Below are positions 17,221 through 25,907 of a stretch of DNA of 55,699 bases, piece by piece. The stretch covers positions 1-55,699 of the IMG/VR virus record IMGVR_UViG_3300045303_000132; one strand, written 5' to 3'. Under the pieces are notes generated by a model that saw only the letters and a list, made by a program, of their open reading frames with translations, ran no database searches and was not told the DNA's origin. Each line of letters begins with the position of its first letter. Position 1 is the first letter of the stretch. The translations under genes were made by a program, and so were the position numbers. The stretch comes from a virus. Its lineage: Duplodnaviria; Caudoviricetes.

Positions 17221-17639
17221 TGCACATCTCGATCAACACCGCCGAGGAAATCAGCGACCTGGACCGTCAGGTCTTGGGGCTGCTGGCCGGAGGTTCCTTC
17301 AGTCTCGGTGCCGTGGCGGAGACCTTCGAGGACGAGCCGGAGCCGGAGCCGGAGCCGGAGCCTAAGAAGGCACCGGCCAAGAAGGCGGCGGCGAAGAAGG
17401 CCGAGCCCACGCCGGAGCCGATGGCGGAGGAGCCGGTCGAGGATGACGACGTCCTGGGCGAGGACCCCGACGAGACCTCCGACGAGGACCTCCTGGCGCT
17501 GGCCGTCAAGAAGGCGACCGAGATGGTGGCCGCTGGTGAGGCCGCGAAGGTGCGCGAGGCGCTGGACGCCGCTGGCGCAGGTCGGGTCCGCGAACTGAAC
17601 GCCGACAACGTGCGGGCGTTCTTCGAGGCGCTGCCGTGA
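17220..17639 (+). CDS. Low-complexity acidic protein preceding the nuclease/SSB/Pol module
   Basis: EPEPEP and KKAPAKK linkers; C-terminal GA.RV.EL motif. Confidence 0.75.
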   Translation: MHISINTAEEISDLDRQVLGLLAGGSFSLGAVAETFEDEPEPEPEPEPKKAPAKKAAAKKAEPTPEPMAEEPVEDDDVLGEDPDETSDEDLLALAVKKATEMVAAGEAAKVREALDAAGAGRVRELNADNVRAFFEALP

Positions 17640-17842
17640 AGGTAGCCGTCTACCTCCGAGACGAGTTCACGGATGCCCATCGCGAGCAGATCGCCGTCAT
17701 CAACGACGACGCTCGGCTTGACCGGCTGGCGACGCGTGACGAGATCAAGGAGTTCTACGAGCAGCACGGGAACCAGTGGCGGGCGGTGCTGGAGATGCAG
17801 TTCGCCAAGTATGTCCAAGCCGACCTGGAGGACTTGATATGA
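17636..17842 (+). CDS. Hypothetical protein
   Basis: GTGA overlap. Confidence 0.7.
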   Translation: MKVAVYLRDEFTDAHREQIAVINDDARLDRLATRDEIKEFYEQHGNQWRAVLEMQFAKYVQADLEDLI

Positions 17843-18003
17843 AGGCGCTCTTCGTTATCAGTGTGGACCTGCCCAACCCGGAAGCGACGTTGGATGTCAT
17901 GGAGTATCTGGACCCGCCTGCCATCCCTTACTTCACGGGAGACGTGCGCGTGGTGGTAGGCCCCGAAGTGGACAACACGATCAAGTTCCTGGACGAGGGG
18001 TAG
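17839..18003 (+). CDS. Small hypothetical protein
   Basis: RBS ggagg, ATGA overlap. Confidence 0.6.
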   Translation: MKALFVISVDLPNPEATLDVMEYLDPPAIPYFTGDVRVVVGPEVDNTIKFLDEG

Positions 18004-18005
18004 CG

Positions 18006-19181
18006 GTGACGGACAACGGCCACGCGATCCTCGGCCCGAGTGCCAGCGGCAGGTGGATTCAGTGCCCCGCCTCGGTGCGGATGGTACGGGATCTGCCTCC
18101 GCAGGTCGACAGCGTGTACGCCCGAGAGGGCACTCAGTTCCACACGCTCTGCGAGGTCGTGGCCTCTCGGCGCATCCTGGACAAGGAGCCGAGCGACTAC
18201 GCGGTGGGCTACCTGGAGTGGGCGCTCGAGACTGAGGAGGACTGGCACGAGGACCAACTCATCTACGTCGAGAAGTGGATCACTCTGCTGAAGGAGTACC
18301 TCGCCGAGGAGGAGGGTGCCCAACTCTTCCTGGAGGTCGTCGTGGACACGGGCATCCCAGGATGCTGGGGCACCGCCGATGCGATCATCCTCTACAGCGA
18401 TCGCATCCGCGTGATCGACATCAAGTACGGCGCGGGCATCCGGGTCTCGGCGATCAAGAACAGTCAGGCTCGTCTCTACGGGGTGGGTGCGCTCGAGACG
18501 CTGGTCAAGGACCCGCTGACCATCAGGGAGATCACGAACACGATCTGGCAGCCCCGGATGAACAACCTGTCCGAAGAGACGCTGACGCGGATAGAACTCG
18601 TACAGTGGCGGGACGAGATCCGGCCCATCGCGCTGCTCGCGCTGACTGACGATGCGCCGTTCGGCCCTAGCGAGGATGCGTGCCGGTTCTGCCCCATCGC
18701 CGGGGAGTGCGTCCCGCGCACGCGGTTCATGCTGGCGCAGGACTTCGGTGACCCGAACATCCTTACTGGCGAGGAGTTGGCCGACGCCTACGACCGAACG
18801 TCACACCTGAAGCGGTGGATCACCGACATTGAGGACACCGCGCTGAAGCGGGCCTACGAGAAGGATGGGTCGGTGCCCGGCTTCAAGGTCGTGCGGAGCG
18901 GTGGCCGTCGCGGTATCACCGACAACGAGGCGGCGGTGGATCGGTTGCTCGAAGAGGGCTACCCGCCCGACAAGGTCTTCAGCCGCAAGCCCGCGACCCT
19001 CGGTCAACTGGAGAAGTTGGCAGGGTCGTCCGAAGAACTCCAACAGGTCTTGGGTGACCTGCTGGTCAAGAGTGAGGGACGCCTGTCCCTTGCCAAGGAT
19101 AGCGATCCTCGGCCACCGGCCGACGCTATTCACGACGCGAAGAGTGACTTTGCGTTGATCACCGATGAAGGAGAAGCCTGA
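18006..19181 (+). CDS. DUF2800 / Cas4-like PD-(D/E)XK exonuclease
   Basis: HAILGPSASGRWIQCPAS, EGTQFH, WGTAD, VIDIKYG, QARLY, CRFCP...C. Confidence 0.9.
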   Translation: MTDNGHAILGPSASGRWIQCPASVRMVRDLPPQVDSVYAREGTQFHTLCEVVASRRILDKEPSDYAVGYLEWALETEEDWHEDQLIYVEKWITLLKEYLAEEEGAQLFLEVVVDTGIPGCWGTADAIILYSDRIRVIDIKYGAGIRVSAIKNSQARLYGVGALETLVKDPLTIREITNTIWQPRMNNLSEETLTRIELVQWRDEIRPIALLALTDDAPFGPSEDACRFCPIAGECVPRTRFMLAQDFGDPNILTGEELADAYDRTSHLKRWITDIEDTALKRAYEKDGSVPGFKVVRSGGRRGITDNEAAVDRLLEEGYPPDKVFSRKPATLGQLEKLAGSSEELQQVLGDLLVKSEGRLSLAKDSDPRPPADAIHDAKSDFALITDEGEA

Positions 19182-19702
19182 TGGCGAAGGTAGTTACGAA
19201 GAAGCCGGTGCGGCTGACGTTCACGTTCTTGCCGGACGAGGACGGTATGTTCCGCACCAGCGCGTTGATCCCCAAGAAGGACAAGGCGCAGATCGCCCAG
19301 ATCGAAGAGGCGATCGAGGAGGCCAAGGACTACGGCAAGACCGCGAAGTGGGGCGGCAAGATCCCGCGCAACCTGAAGATCGCGTTCCAGGACGGCGACG
19401 ACACCGACCTCGACAAGTACCCGGAGAACGAGGGGCACTTCCTCCTCAACTGCCGGTCCAAGAAGAAGGTGGGTCTGGTCGACATCGACCGCCAGCCCAT
19501 CCTCGACGCGAGCGAGGTCTACTCGGGATGCTGGGCCTACCTCAGCGTCACGTCATTCGCGTACGACAACGAGAGCAAGGGTGTCTCGTTCTTCCTGAAC
19601 AACATCATGAAGGCTCGTGACGACGAGAGCTTCGGCGGCACCACGTCCACGCCGGACGAGGACTTCGCCGACATCGAGGTCGACGAGGACGACCTGATCT
19701 GA
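19181..19702 (+). CDS. DUF2815-family ssDNA-binding protein
   Basis: DGD, EVYSGCW, GVSFFLNNIMK.RD motifs, acidic tail; sits between DUF2800 and PolA. Confidence 0.88.
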   Translation: MAKVVTKKPVRLTFTFLPDEDGMFRTSALIPKKDKAQIAQIEEAIEEAKDYGKTAKWGGKIPRNLKIAFQDGDDTDLDKYPENEGHFLLNCRSKKKVGLVDIDRQPILDASEVYSGCWAYLSVTSFAYDNESKGVSFFLNNIMKARDDESFGGTTSTPDEDFADIEVDEDDLI

Positions 19703-19725
19703 GCCAAGGTCAGGTAGCATAGACC

Positions 19726-19818
19726 GCAGCCGGGGCGGGGTCGTTCAGTCCGCGGGGAGTTGCCCCCCAACGACAGCCCATGATGATCGGGCGAGCCTTT
19801 CTCCCCCGCCCCGGCTGC
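19726..19818 (+). other. Predicted multibranched RNA structure in intergenic region
   Basis: 15-bp perfect closing stem gcagccggggcgggg/ccccgccccggctgc enclosing further hairpins. Confidence 0.5.
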
Positions 19819-19842
19819 TCTTCCGTTTGAGAGGAGAGCAGT

Positions 19843-19956
19843 ATGAGCGACCAACATGATTGTCTGGAAGATGGTTGCCAGTACGACGGCGCAGACAGCA
19901 ACCGGGCGTCGATGTTCTGCATCTGGTGCGGGCTGACCAGAGAAGACCTGGAGTGA
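19843..19956 (+). CDS. Micro Zn-binding protein (37 aa)
   Basis: RBS gaggag; HDC...C...CIWC; GTGA overlap with the polymerase. Confidence 0.55.
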   Translation: MSDQHDCLEDGCQYDGADSNRASMFCIWCGLTREDLE

Positions 19957-21989
19957 GCACGACACTCGAGATCAACAGCGTGACCCTCTCGGACACGGCA
20001 AAATCCATCATCCGCACGGCGTCCACCGCTGTCCTGGGTGGCCCGCTCCGGGTGACCCGCACCAAGGGGGACGCCGATCTTGCGTTTGACCTCCAGGACC
20101 AGAACGCCGCCGTGCGTACTCTCGGCCCGAAGCAGTTCCACGACACGGTCTGGATCGCCGGCAACGACGGGCAGGGCTTCCGCAAGGAGGTCGGCTACCC
20201 GAACGCTCAGTACTACGTCCGGTTCGCGCTGAAGCAGGCGTTCGGCATGGACCTGCACCTGTTCGACGACGACGTTCTCATCCTGGATACGGAGACGTTG
20301 GGGTCGGAGCACCGCTGGAACACCCATCCCCGTGACTTCTTCCGGCTGGGTCAGTACGCATGGGGCGAGGGTGAGGTAGTGCTCACCGAGGATTTCGACG
20401 AGGTGATCGAGGCGCTACGGTCGGCCCGGTTGATCATCGGGCACCAGATCCACACCTACGACCTGTCCTACCTGATGGGCGACGAGGCCCTCCACCTTCC
20501 GGTGTTCGACACCTTCGTCCACGCAACCTGCGTCACCCCCGCGCCCGACCGCTTTCTCAACGCGAAGGGTGTGACCCAACTCTCCAACTCGCCAGGGTCC
20601 GCGCTGGCGTTCCACTCGCTCGAGAACACCTGCTTCACCTTCGGCATCCCGGGGAAGCACGGCAACCTGAAAGAGATGGCGAAGCGCCACGGTTGTGACA
20701 TAGGCGAGATCCCCATGGACGACGAGTACCGCGACTATGCGCGACAGGACGTGGTGGCGAATCGGGAGTTGGCGCGGGCCATGTTCAGCGTTGCCGAGCC
20801 CACGGACTACGAGTGGCGTGAGCAGGAGGTAGCAGCGATCAACGCGCAGATCAGCCGTAACGGGTTCCGCGTGGACCGGGCGGTGGCCGAGGCGCGGGTG
20901 GAGGAACTCCAGCACCGGAAGAACGCCCTGCTCGTGGACCTCGCGCTGGACCACGGGTTCCCGATGACGGGGAAGCAGCCGTGGCGGAGCAACGCGGGGA
21001 AACAGGCGATCCTCGACATCCTGGGGCCGGACGCGAAAAGGCTGCCCAAGACGAAGAAGGGCGCACCGTCCCTGTCCGGTGACGCGATCAAGTCCGTGAC
21101 CGTAGGCACCGCGAACGAGGAGATGGGGGAGGCGCTCGGCGAACTGCTGGGTCAGCGGTCGCTGGCACAACTCGCGCTGGACAACGTGCAGGACGATGAG
21201 TTCGTCCACCCGGAGATCACCTCACTTCAGCGGTCACGGCGGTTCTCGGTGTCTGCCCCCGGCCTGTCCGTCTGGACAGCGCACGGCCCCGGCGCGATTG
21301 AGAAGTCCTACTTCGTGGCGGACGACGAGGACCACGTCCTGTACGAGATGGACTTCTCCGCGGCTGACGCTCGCGTGGTCGCGGCGTACAGCGGCGACAA
21401 GCGGTATCTCCGGGACATGACCAACCCGATGTTCGACGCTCACATCCAAACAGCGAGATGGTGCTTCGGGGCGAAGTTGGACGAAGACCCTAAGAAGTAC
21501 CGTCAGATCGCGAAAGACGTCACCCATGCCATCCCCTACGGCGCGGGAGGCAAGCGGGTCAGCGAGACGGTGGGCATCCCGGTGTCCCAGGGCCACGAGG
21601 TGATCAAGAGGTTCGGGAGCACCTACCCGTCGGTGGCTCGGTGGATGAAGCGCTCTCGTGAGGAAGGGAAGACCGGCACTCTGAAGAACGCATGGGGTGG
21701 GGTGCTCTACCTGGAGCCGGGCCGCGAGTACACGCAATCGCCCGCGCTGTTCGGTCAGAACGGCACCCGCGAACTCCTGGTGGACGGGATGATCCGGTGC
21801 CGGGATGCGGGGCTGCTCTGCTACTTGAAGATCACAGTCCACGACGCCGTGGTCTTCTCGTTCCCCAAGAGCAACCATGAGGCGATGAAGGCGAAGGCCG
21901 AGGCCTGCTTCACCACGAAGTTCCGGGAAGTTCCCTTCCCATTGACGAGCGGAAAGCCCGCTCATGACTGGTACAGAGCGGGGCATTAG
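19953..21989 (+). CDS. polA: Family A DNA polymerase with 3'-5' exonuclease
   Basis: ExoI LDTET, ExoII GH....YD, ExoIII YARQD; motif A DFSAADAR, motif B RQIAKDVTHAIPYG, motif C VHDA. Confidence 0.93.
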   Translation: MSTTLEINSVTLSDTAKSIIRTASTAVLGGPLRVTRTKGDADLAFDLQDQNAAVRTLGPKQFHDTVWIAGNDGQGFRKEVGYPNAQYYVRFALKQAFGMDLHLFDDDVLILDTETLGSEHRWNTHPRDFFRLGQYAWGEGEVVLTEDFDEVIEALRSARLIIGHQIHTYDLSYLMGDEALHLPVFDTFVHATCVTPAPDRFLNAKGVTQLSNSPGSALAFHSLENTCFTFGIPGKHGNLKEMAKRHGCDIGEIPMDDEYRDYARQDVVANRELARAMFSVAEPTDYEWREQEVAAINAQISRNGFRVDRAVAEARVEELQHRKNALLVDLALDHGFPMTGKQPWRSNAGKQAILDILGPDAKRLPKTKKGAPSLSGDAIKSVTVGTANEEMGEALGELLGQRSLAQLALDNVQDDEFVHPEITSLQRSRRFSVSAPGLSVWTAHGPGAIEKSYFVADDEDHVLYEMDFSAADARVVAAYSGDKRYLRDMTNPMFDAHIQTARWCFGAKLDEDPKKYRQIAKDVTHAIPYGAGGKRVSETVGIPVSQGHEVIKRFGSTYPSVARWMKRSREEGKTGTLKNAWGGVLYLEPGREYTQSPALFGQNGTRELLVDGMIRCRDAGLLCYLKITVHDAVVFSFPKSNHEAMKAKAEACFTTKFREVPFPLTSGKPAHDWYRAGH

Positions 21990-21991
21990 CG

Positions 21992-22858
21992 ATGAGCGAT
22001 GAGACAATGGACCTCTACCGAGGGATGGTGGTGGAGCGGCACAACATCTGGTGCGCCCGCCAGATGGGCGAGCCCCAGCCGTGGACTCACGACGTGGTGC
22101 TGGCGAACCGGAAGTTCACCAATATGTTCCGCGTCCTCGACCCCGGCTCGCAGTTCGTGTTCGACCTTGACAACGAGGACCCGGTGACCGTGATCGCCCG
22201 GCTGGTCTTCTACCGGATCACGAACCTGCCGTCTACGTGGTACGCGATGCGGGCCGCGCACGGACGCTACCCCACCGCCAATGACTTCACCCACTCGTCG
22301 GCATTCCTGTTCCAGATTCTCGACGCGCACCGGCTGAGTGGGAATCGCATCTTCAGCGGGGCGTACATCATCGTCCCTGAGCCCGGAACCGCGAACGACA
22401 AAGTGAGCGGGGCGCTACGCCTGACGGCCCTGTTCGTCAGGGAGAGGGCCGAGGCGTTCCTGGACGCCACCACTCAGGACGAGCGGTTCGACGTGCTGCG
22501 GTCCACCCCTGGTCTCGGGCCGTTCCTCTCGATGCAGATCCTCACCGATTGGGGCTACCTCCAGACCGCGGAGCCGGACCTGTCGTTCATCGTGGCTGGC
22601 CCCGGTGCTCGCCGTGGTGCCGCGCTGCTCTACCCGGCCAAGAAGCCGGAGGACGTGATCTACGACCTCGCCTTCGACTGGATGGATCATCCTTCCGTTA
22701 GGCTGGTCGGTCGCTCCCTCACGCTGATGGACGTGCAGAACACTCTCTGCGAGTTCAGCAAGTACGCGCGAGAACTCGTCGCCCCCCGCAAGAAGACGAC
22801 GTACCAGCCCTCGCACCCCGGCGCTCAGCCGGTCCCCGTTATCCCCCGATGGTGGTAG
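21992..22858 (+). CDS. 5-hydroxymethyl-dU DNA kinase family protein (aGPT-Pplase1 / HMUDK helical domain)
   Basis: ERHNIW..R..G.PQPWT.D.VL...KFTN.FR..D, FSGAY, HhH-like PGLGPFLSMQI..D, GPGARRG, DVQNTLCEFSKY. Confidence 0.82.
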   Translation: MSDETMDLYRGMVVERHNIWCARQMGEPQPWTHDVVLANRKFTNMFRVLDPGSQFVFDLDNEDPVTVIARLVFYRITNLPSTWYAMRAAHGRYPTANDFTHSSAFLFQILDAHRLSGNRIFSGAYIIVPEPGTANDKVSGALRLTALFVRERAEAFLDATTQDERFDVLRSTPGLGPFLSMQILTDWGYLQTAEPDLSFIVAGPGARRGAALLYPAKKPEDVIYDLAFDWMDHPSVRLVGRSLTLMDVQNTLCEFSKYARELVAPRKKTTYQPSHPGAQPVPVIPRWW

Positions 22859-22894
22859 TGGAACACCCGACCACCACGAGCCTAGCCTGCCTGC

Positions 22895-22920
22895 TAGGCT
22901 AGGGGTACGGCAACGCCCCT
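22895..22920 (+). promoter_or_regulatory. Promoter/leader repeat copy 8 (degenerate)
   Basis: gcctgctaggctaggggtacggcaacgcccct then RBS gaaagg. Confidence 0.6.
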
Positions 22921-22935
22921 AGAGAAAGGTGACAC

Positions 22936-24459
22936 ATGACCCAGACATACACGTTCGCCACGGCAAGCGAGGCGCTCCCATTCATCTGCTCTCGTATCCT
23001 GGACGTCGGCGACGAGGTCGGCAGCAGGAACGGGCGGGTGAAGGAATTCCTGAACACCCAGATCGTGCTGACCGACCCGCAGCGGCGGGAGATCCTCACT
23101 CTCAACCGCAAGGCCAACGTCTTCGCGCAGATTGCTGAGACGATGTGGGTGCTGGCCGGGCGCAACGACATCGAGTGGCTGAGCGCCTACCTCCCACGCG
23201 CCAAGGACTACAGCGACGACGGGGAGACGTGGAGGGGCGGCTACGGCCCGCGGATCCGCGACTTGACCTTGTTCAACGGACACCGGCTTGATCAACTCGC
23301 CTACGTCGTGGACGTACTTCAGGCCGACCCACTGTCCCGGCGTGCGGTGATCGCGATCTACGACCCTGCCGTGGATACGGAGCCGGGTAAGGACATTCCC
23401 TGCAACGACTTTCTCCAGTTCCAGAGTCGCCTCGGTGCCCTGCACATGACGGTGACCGTGCGGTCGAACGACCTGATGTGGGGCTGGTCGGGCATCAACG
23501 CATTCGAGTGGAGCACCATCCAGGAGATTGTGGCCCACCTGCTCGGCATCGCCGTGGGCACGCTGACGTTCAACATCGGCAGCCTGCATCTCTATGACCG
23601 GCATTGGGACAAGGCCAGTCGTCTCAAGTACGAGGCCGACCCGTGGGCGATCACTCCGTTCCAGATACCGGACGCGGTGGATCGGACGTTGGAGTGGGTG
23701 GACATCTACATCGACCGTTGGTTCGAGTGGGAGGCGTTGTGCCGGAAGGGCGAGGCCACGCTGGAGGGTCTGGGTGAGATCGAGGAGCCGCTGTTCCAGT
23801 CCTGGGCGGCGGCGATTGCGTACTTCTGGCAGCGCGAGGACCACTGGCTCCAGATGCTCCGGCGCACGGCGTTGGCAGCAGCCATAGCCAGGACCCCTGC
23901 CAGCGTGCTCTCAGAGGCCCGTACAGCGTCGTCCAGCGGTGCGCCGGGGGTAACCCACAACCTAGCCGCGCACGAGCGCACACGGGCGTTCTACGCCTTC
24001 GTTACCGACCTGCACGCCAAGAAGCACGCGTCGTACGGGAACTCGTGGATGAAGCGGGGCGAGAAGCTCTCCATTCTGGCGAACATGGCTCGTAAGGTGG
24101 ACCGGCTGGGGGTCGGCGATGAGTACGACAGTTCGGCGGACACCCTGATCGACCTCCTGGTCTACGCGAGCAAGTATCACTGCTGGCTCCTCGGCTGTGA
24201 GGCGAGCCCGGAGAACGTGAATCAGGGGCTGGCCGTGGCTTTGGCAGAAGAAGAGGAGACCGTGGGGCAGGCGGCGGACATCGCCATCGTGGACATCGTC
24301 GACGACTTCAACCTCTACTGCAACAACATCGACACGTACATCACCGACGAGAAGGTGGACTTCATAGGCGAGCTGATCCTCCGAGTGACGCCCATCGCCC
24401 GCGATGTCTGGTACGAAGAGACCCACGGCACCGAGTACCGCGGAGCGGACGTAGACTGA
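22936..24459 (+). CDS. Thymidylate-synthase-family protein (likely dUMP hydroxymethylase) fused to an Nmad1/DUF1599-like helical domain
   Basis: GYGPR, SRRAV, DIPCN catalytic Cys, RSNDLMWG...N, GSLHLY; C-terminal KKHASYGNSW...KVDRL...DTLIDLLVYA. Confidence 0.82.
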   Translation: MTQTYTFATASEALPFICSRILDVGDEVGSRNGRVKEFLNTQIVLTDPQRREILTLNRKANVFAQIAETMWVLAGRNDIEWLSAYLPRAKDYSDDGETWRGGYGPRIRDLTLFNGHRLDQLAYVVDVLQADPLSRRAVIAIYDPAVDTEPGKDIPCNDFLQFQSRLGALHMTVTVRSNDLMWGWSGINAFEWSTIQEIVAHLLGIAVGTLTFNIGSLHLYDRHWDKASRLKYEADPWAITPFQIPDAVDRTLEWVDIYIDRWFEWEALCRKGEATLEGLGEIEEPLFQSWAAAIAYFWQREDHWLQMLRRTALAAAIARTPASVLSEARTASSSGAPGVTHNLAAHERTRAFYAFVTDLHAKKHASYGNSWMKRGEKLSILANMARKVDRLGVGDEYDSSADTLIDLLVYASKYHCWLLGCEASPENVNQGLAVALAEEEETVGQAADIAIVDIVDDFNLYCNNIDTYITDEKVDFIGELILRVTPIARDVWYEETHGTEYRGADVD

Positions 24460-24776
24460 TGACGACCTACACCGCACTTCTTGCGCTGCCGGACGGGCTC
24501 ATGGCGGCAGATGCTGCCGCCCGTATCCCCGGAGCAGTGGTCGTCGACAACGTCCAGGCTGGTGTGTGGGTGTCTTGGAGCACCGAGGCCGACACCGACA
24601 ACGAGGGGATCCAGGCCCTCCAGGAAATCCGGCTTCGGGCTGAGATGTTCGCCGAGTTCGCGGATGGAGGCGTCACCCCGTCCGGTGCCGATCCCTCCTT
24701 GTTCCAGACTACCCCGTTCATCATCCTGCGAGGTGCTGCATTCATCGTCCACACGGAAGAGGTGCTATGTCTGTGA
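24459..24776 (+). CDS. Hypothetical protein in the modification cluster
   Basis: TGATG coupling. Confidence 0.65.
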   Translation: MTTYTALLALPDGLMAADAAARIPGAVVVDNVQAGVWVSWSTEADTDNEGIQALQEIRLRAEMFAEFADGGVTPSGADPSLFQTTPFIILRGAAFIVHTEEVLCL

Positions 24777-25015
24777 CGATCAACCACGGCACGAGAAGCG
24801 GGTACTACGCTCATCGCCGCCTGAGCGAGCCGCCGTGCGACGACTGTCGTGCGGCGATCAACGAGTACATCCGGGAGTACCGGAGCAGGACTGGCCTATC
24901 CCGCAATCGGGCTGGTGAGAAGATCCGGCGGAAGGCGTTGGCCGCGCTGCGGGACCGACACCGCGAGGAGTACGAGGATCTCCTGGTCGAGTTCCGTGCG
25001 GAAGAGATGATCTGA
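24767..25015 (+). CDS. Small Zn-binding DNA-binding-like protein
   Basis: HGTRSGY..HRR..E.PC..CR motif common in actinophages. Confidence 0.7.
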   Translation: MSVTINHGTRSGYYAHRRLSEPPCDDCRAAINEYIREYRSRTGLSRNRAGEKIRRKALAALRDRHREEYEDLLVEFRAEEMI

Positions 25016-25209
25016 TGGACCATCCGACGTTTGTCACCATCGAATACTGGCACCAGATGACTGCTTCCTGGGAGACCGGGCACGCCGGGATCAACCTGAT
25101 GAACCCTGCCACCTACGTCCAGAAGTTGGCGAAGCGCGGGGTCATCGCACGAGCCGTCGAGAAGGACACCGGGGTGACCGTGTACGGCGAAGGTGCAGAC
25201 CTCCTCTGA
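25015..25209 (+). CDS. Hypothetical protein
   Basis: TGATG coupling on both sides. Confidence 0.65.
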   Translation: MDHPTFVTIEYWHQMTASWETGHAGINLMNPATYVQKLAKRGVIARAVEKDTGVTVYGEGADLL

Positions 25210-25907
25210 TGGACGTGGTCTACGTGTGCCGAAACGGGGACAACCCCGAACTCCGGTACTCCCTCCGCACGCTGGCGAACGTGGATCACGACCGCGTGTG
25301 GATCTTCGGCGGCGCGCCCACCTGGATCGACTTCACCGCCGTCACTCACCAGAAGCGAGCGCAGTGTGGGACCCCGTACTCCTCCACCCGGAGCCATATC
25401 GCAGCCGCGTGCAACACCCCAGAGGTGAGCGACCCCTTCGTACTCTGGAACGACGACTTCTTCGCGATGCACCCGGTCGGCACCGTGCCGCTCTACCACC
25501 GTGGCCCGCTGGAGCCCCTACTCGAGAAGTACGTCAAGATCAGGACGCCGTGGGGGAAGGGGTTACTCCAGACAGCCGCGATGATGGGAGGGCGCGGACT
25601 GCTGGCGGGCGCGATGTGCTACGACGTTCACCTCCCACTGGTTGTCTGCAAGGCAGAGATGCGGGAGGCGCTGCGGTTGGCGAAGAACGCTTCGACCGAC
25701 GCCATTCACGTGAGGACGTTGTACGGGGCCTTGTCAGGGCTGGACGGAGTGGAGCACCATGACCCGAAGTTGATGCGTCGAAGCGACCCGTTCCCGCGTG
25801 GTGCGTGGCTGTCTTCCAGCGACGACACATTCCGTTCAGCCGTGGAGCCGGTGCTGAGATACCTGTTCCCGGACGCATCACTCTACGAGAAAGCGATGTT
25901 CAGGTGA
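25209..25907 (+). CDS. Stealth-like sugar-1-phosphate transferase (GT-A fold)
   Basis: MDVVY (CR1-like), ELRYSLR...VWIFGGAPTW, FVLWNDDFF (CR2-like), H.P (CR3-like), SSSD (CR4-like). Confidence 0.75.
   Translation: MDVVYVCRNGDNPELRYSLRTLANVDHDRVWIFGGAPTWIDFTAVTHQKRAQCGTPYSSTRSHIAAACNTPEVSDPFVLWNDDFFAMHPVGTVPLYHRGPLEPLLEKYVKIRTPWGKGLLQTAAMMGGRGLLAGAMCYDVHLPLVVCKAEMREALRLAKNASTDAIHVRTLYGALSGLDGVEHHDPKLMRRSDPFPRGAWLSSSDDTFRSAVEPVLRYLFPDASLYEKAMFR

Noticed and set aside
18006-19181. Cas4-like nuclease as evidence of a CRISPR system
   Set aside because: It sits in the standard DUF2800-SSB-PolA replication module; no array or cas1/cas2
19726-19818. Possible tRNA gene
   Set aside because: No TTCGA T-loop, the closing stem is 15 bp rather than 7 and there is no CCA end; kept only as a structured element
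22936-24459. Calling it canonical thyA or a dCMP hydroxymethylase
   Set aside because: Motifs and adjacency to the 5-hmdU DNA kinase family gene favour dUMP hydroxymethylase, and the specificity residue is Asn rather than Asp; symbol withheld pending assay
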